NCBI GenBank assembly: GCA_030390025.1
Contig: CM059438.1
Coordinates: forward strand, 59,522,001-59,586,000
Origin: Squalus acanthias
Taxonomy: Eukaryota
DNA: 64,000 bases
Direction of reading: 5' to 3'
Shown: positions 60,291-64,000 of the stretch, piece by piece
Numbering within the stretch: position 1 is the first letter of the stretch
Layout of the letters: the number at the start of each line of letters is the position of its first letter
Position numbers and translations under genes: made by a program
Notes under the pieces: model-generated
The model's input: only the letters and a program-made list of their open reading frames with translations
Database searches by the model: none
Told to the model about the DNA's origin: nothing

Positions 60291-61241
60291 ATGGCAGGTG
60301 AGATCAGCCCCGTGTTATGCTCCTCTTGCTCCATGTGGGAATTCAGGGACGCTGCCAGTGTCCCTGGGGACCATGTGTGCGAGAAATGCATCCAGCTGCA
60401 GCTACTTGTAGACCGCATTGCGGCGCTCGAGCAGCGGGTGAATGAGTTTTGGAGCATACGCGATGCTGAGAGGGTCGTGGATAACACGTTTAGCGAGTTG
60501 GTCACGCCGCAGGGTAGGGCTGCACAGGCAGAAGGGAAATGGGTGACCATCAGGCGGAGCAGCAGAGGCAGGCAGGAAGTACAGGGGACCCCTGCGGTCA
60601 TCCCCCTTTCAAACAGGTATACCGATTTGGATACTGTTGAGGGGGATGACTCACCAGGGGAGTGCAGCAGCAGCCAACTTCCTGGCACCAGGGTTGCTTC
60701 TGCTGCTCAGGAAGGGAGGAAAAAGAGTGGGAGAGCAATAGTGGTAGGGGATTCTATCGTAAGGGGAACAGATAGGCGTTTCTGTGGCCGTAAACGTGAC
60801 TCCAGGATGGTTTGTTGCCTCCCTGGGGCCAGGGTCATGGATGTCACTGAGCGGCTACAGGGCATTCTTAAGGGGGAGGGTGAGCAGGCAGAGGTCGTGG
60901 TTCACATTGGGACCAACGACATAGGTAGGAAGGGGGATGAGGTCCTGCATCAAGAATTTAGGGAGCTAGGCAGCAGATTAAAGAGCAGGACCTCAAAGGT
61001 TGTAATCTCTGGATTACTCCCAGTGCCACGTGCTAGTGAGTATAGGAATAGGAGGATAGAACAGATGAATGCGTGGCTAAAGAGTTGGTGCAGGAGGGAG
61101 GGTTTTAGTTTCCTGGATCACTGGGCCTGCTTCTGGGGAAGGTGGGACTTGTACAAGTCGGACGGTTTGCACCTGAACCAGAGCGGGACAAATATCCTTG
61201 CGGGGAGGTTTGCTAGCACTGTTGGGGGAGGTTTAAACTAA
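60291..61241 (+). CDS. CR1 ORF1p: zinc finger, leucine zipper, SGNH esterase domain
   Basis: Intact 316 aa: CSSC...HVCEKC, VVGDSIVR, HIGTND, DGLHLN. Confidence 0.92.
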   Translation: MAGEISPVLCSSCSMWEFRDAASVPGDHVCEKCIQLQLLVDRIAALEQRVNEFWSIRDAERVVDNTFSELVTPQGRAAQAEGKWVTIRRSSRGRQEVQGTPAVIPLSNRYTDLDTVEGDDSPGECSSSQLPGTRVASAAQEGRKKSGRAIVVGDSIVRGTDRRFCGRKRDSRMVCCLPGARVMDVTERLQGILKGEGEQAEVVVHIGTNDIGRKGDEVLHQEFRELGSRLKSRTSKVVISGLLPVPRASEYRNRRIEQMNAWLKSWCRREGFSFLDHWACFWGRWDLYKSDGLHLNQSGTNILAGRFASTVGGGLN

Positions 61242-61261
61242 CTTGGCAGGGGGATGGGATA

Positions 61262-62677
61262 GAAACATAGAAACATAGAAAATAGGTACAGGAGTAGACC
61301 ATTCGGTCCTTCGAGCCTGCACCGCCATTCAATGCGTTCATGGCTGAACATGCTACCTCAGTACCCCATTCCTGCTTTCTCGCCATACCCCTTGATCCCC
61401 TTAGTTGTGAGTGTTATATCTAACTCCCTTTTGAATATATTTAGCGAACTGGCCTCAACAACCTTCTGTGGAAGAGAATTCCATAGATTCACCACTCTCT
61501 GGGTGAAGAAGTTCCTCCTCAGCTCAGTCCTAAATGGCTTCCCCTTAATCCTTAGACTGTGACCCCTGGTTCTAGTTTTCCCTACCATTGGGAACATTCT
61601 GCCCGCATCTAATTTGTCTAAACCAGTCAGGATTTTAAATGTCTCTATAAGATCCCCCCTCATTCTTCTGAACTCCAGAGGATACAAGTTCAGTTGACCC
61701 AATCTTTCTTGATATGTCAGTCCGGCCATCCCAGGAATCAATCTAGTGAACCTTCGCTGCACTCCCTCAATAGCAAGAATGTCCTTCCTTAAGTTAGGAG
61801 ACCAAAACTGCGCACAATACTCCAGGTGTGGCCTCACCAAGGCCCTGTACAACTGTAGCATCATCTCCCTACTCCTGTACTCAAATCCCCTTGCTATGAA
61901 GGCTATCATTCCGTTTGCTTTCTTGACTGCCTGCTGCACTTGCATTCCCACCTTCAGTGACTGATGTACCATGACGCCCAGGTCTCGTTGCACGTCCCCT
62001 TTCCCTAATCTGCCACCATTCAGGTAATAGTCCGCCTCTCTATTTTTACCACCAAAGTGGATAACCTCACATTTATCCACATTGTACTTCATCTGCCATA
62101 CATTTGCCCATTTACCCAACCTGTCCAAGTCACTCTGTAGCCTCCTAGCATCCTCCTCATTGTTCACACTGCCTCCCAATTTAGTGTCATCCGCAAATTT
62201 GGAGATATTACATTTAATCACTTCGTCCAAATCATTAATATATAATGTAAACAGCTGGGGTCCCAGCACCGAACCCTGCGGTACCCCGCTGGTCACTGCC
62301 TGCCATTCTGAAAAGTACCCATTTACTCCTACTCTTTGTTTCCTGTGTGCCAACCAGTTCTCAATCCACGTCAACACATTACCCCCAATCCCATGTGCTT
62401 TAACTTTGCTCACCAATCTCTTGTGTGGGACCTTGTCGAAGGCCTTCTGAAAGTCCAAATACACCACATCTACTGGTTCCCCCCTGTCCACCCTATTGGA
62501 AACATCCTCAAAAAATTCCAGAAGATTTGTCAAGCATGATTTCCCTTTCACAAATCCATGCTGACTTGGACCTATCATGTCGCCACTTTCCAAATGGTCT
62601 GTTATGACATCTTTAATAATTGCTTCCATCATGTTACCCACGACCGATGTCAGGCTGACCGGTCTATAATTCCCAGT
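61262..62677 (-). mobile_element. 5'-truncated CR1 nested between ORF1 and ORF2 of the host CR1
   Basis: Uninterrupted 427-aa RT/C-terminal ORF (61358-62641); 3' microsatellite (ctatgttt)n at 61262-61280. Confidence 0.96.
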
Positions 62678-64000
62678 GGAGAATACAGAGTGGAGCTACA
62701 ATAGGGGGTGATGTACAGTCAAATATAGAGAAAAAAACAAGTCAGCTTGGAAGACAGGGCAAACATGTAAGAGCAAGGCTGGAAGGCATCTATTTTAATG
62801 CAAGGAGTCTAGCGAATAAGGTGGATGAACTGAAGGTGTTGATAAACACATGGGAGTATGATATTGTTGCTATCATGGAGACATGGTTGAGGGAGGGGCA
62901 AGACTGGCAGCTCAATATTCCGGGGTACAGAATCTTCAGGCGAGACAGAGGGGGAGGTATAAGAGGAGGGGGTGTCGCAATATTAATTAAGGAATCAATT
63001 ACTGCCATAAGGAGGGATGATATATTAGCAGGTTCCTCCAATGAGGCTATATGGGTGGATCTTAAAAACAAAAAGGGGGCAAGCACTTTGCTGGGAGCGT
63101 ACTATAGGCCCCCAAACAGTCAGGGGGAGATAGAGGAACAGATATGTAGCCAAATCTCAGAGAAATGTGCAAATAATAGGGTAATAATAATGGGGGACTT
63201 CAACTTCCCCAATATTAACTGGGATAGTCAGAGTGTGAAAGGCTTAGAGGGTTCAAAATTCTTAAAGTGCATCCAGGAGAGCTTTTTGAGCCAGCATGTA
63301 GAAAGTCCTACAAGAGAGGGGGCGGTACTGGACCTAATTCTAGGGAATGTGGCCGGCCAAGTGGAAGAAGTGCTAGTAGGTGAGCACTTTGGTGACAGTG
63401 ACCATAATACGGTGAAATTTAAGGTGGTCATGGAAAAGGACAGGGATGGGCCGGAAATAAAGGTTCTAAATTGGGGGAAGGCCGATTTTAATAGGATAAG
63501 GCAGGATCTGGCCAAAATTGACTGGGATCAGCTGCTTGTAGGAAAATCCGCATCGGAGCAATGGGATTCTTTCAGAAGGGAGATTGAGATCATACAATGG
63601 CAGCATGTTCCCGTAAAGGTCAAGGGTGGTTCCAAAAACCCCAGGGAACCTTGGATGTCAGGGGATATACGAGAATGGATCAGGAAAAAAAGGAGGGCTT
63701 TTGGCAGATACAAATAGCTAAAGACGGAGGAAGCACTAGAGGAGTACAAAACGTGCAGGGGGATACTTAAAAAAGAAATTAGGAGATCAAGGAGGGGCCA
63801 TGAAATAACACTGGCGAGCAAAATAAAGGAAAATCCTAAGATGTTTTATAAGTATATTAAGGGTAAGAGGATAACTAGGGAAAAAATAATGCCCATTAGG
63901 GACAAAAGTGGCAATCTGTGTGTAGAGCCGGAAGATGTAGGTGGGGTTCTAAGTGAATTTTTTGCATCTGTTTTCACTATGGAGAAGGACGATGCAGACA

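Larger units (their letters stand above)
59790..64000 (+). mobile_element. CR1 LINE with 5' UTR, intact ORF1 and ORF2 start; runs off the window; interrupted by a nested antisense CR1
   Basis: 5' UTR with three ~70-bp repeats (59866-60066); ORF1 60291-61241; ORF2 endonuclease YFNARSL...GAYYRPP...MGDFN...GDSDH, stop at 63717. Confidence 0.95.

Overview
Eukaryotic, repeat-dominated window, most likely from a cartilaginous fish. That assignment is inferred from the mix of CR1 and L2 LINEs, Deu-domain SINEs and Penelope elements. Three RING-HC E3-ligase-type host genes are visible: a 564-aa RING+TM gene (2853-4547, +), a small RING+C4-zinc gene (about 12043-12882, -) and a clear RNF208 (51402-52139, -). 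They are separated by large minisatellites and nested mobile elements: CR1 LINEs, an L2/CR1-like LINE, Penelope fragments with minimal hammerhead ribozymes, and a Harbinger transposon with its MITEs. The standout is an 8.5-kb LTR provirus (40725-49231) with a 4-bp CCAG target-site duplication and LTRs about 1.3% diverged by manual count. It has a tRNA-Arg-like PBS overlapping the gag ATG, a coiled-coil plus CCHC Gag and a UGA-CUAG stop. Its pol has lost RT, most of RNase H and the integrase core. Its env is built like a paramyxo/baculovirus-F-type fusion protein (lokiretrovirus-like) and carries apparent immunoglobulin domains at the N-terminus. All homology calls are by eye and need database confirmation.
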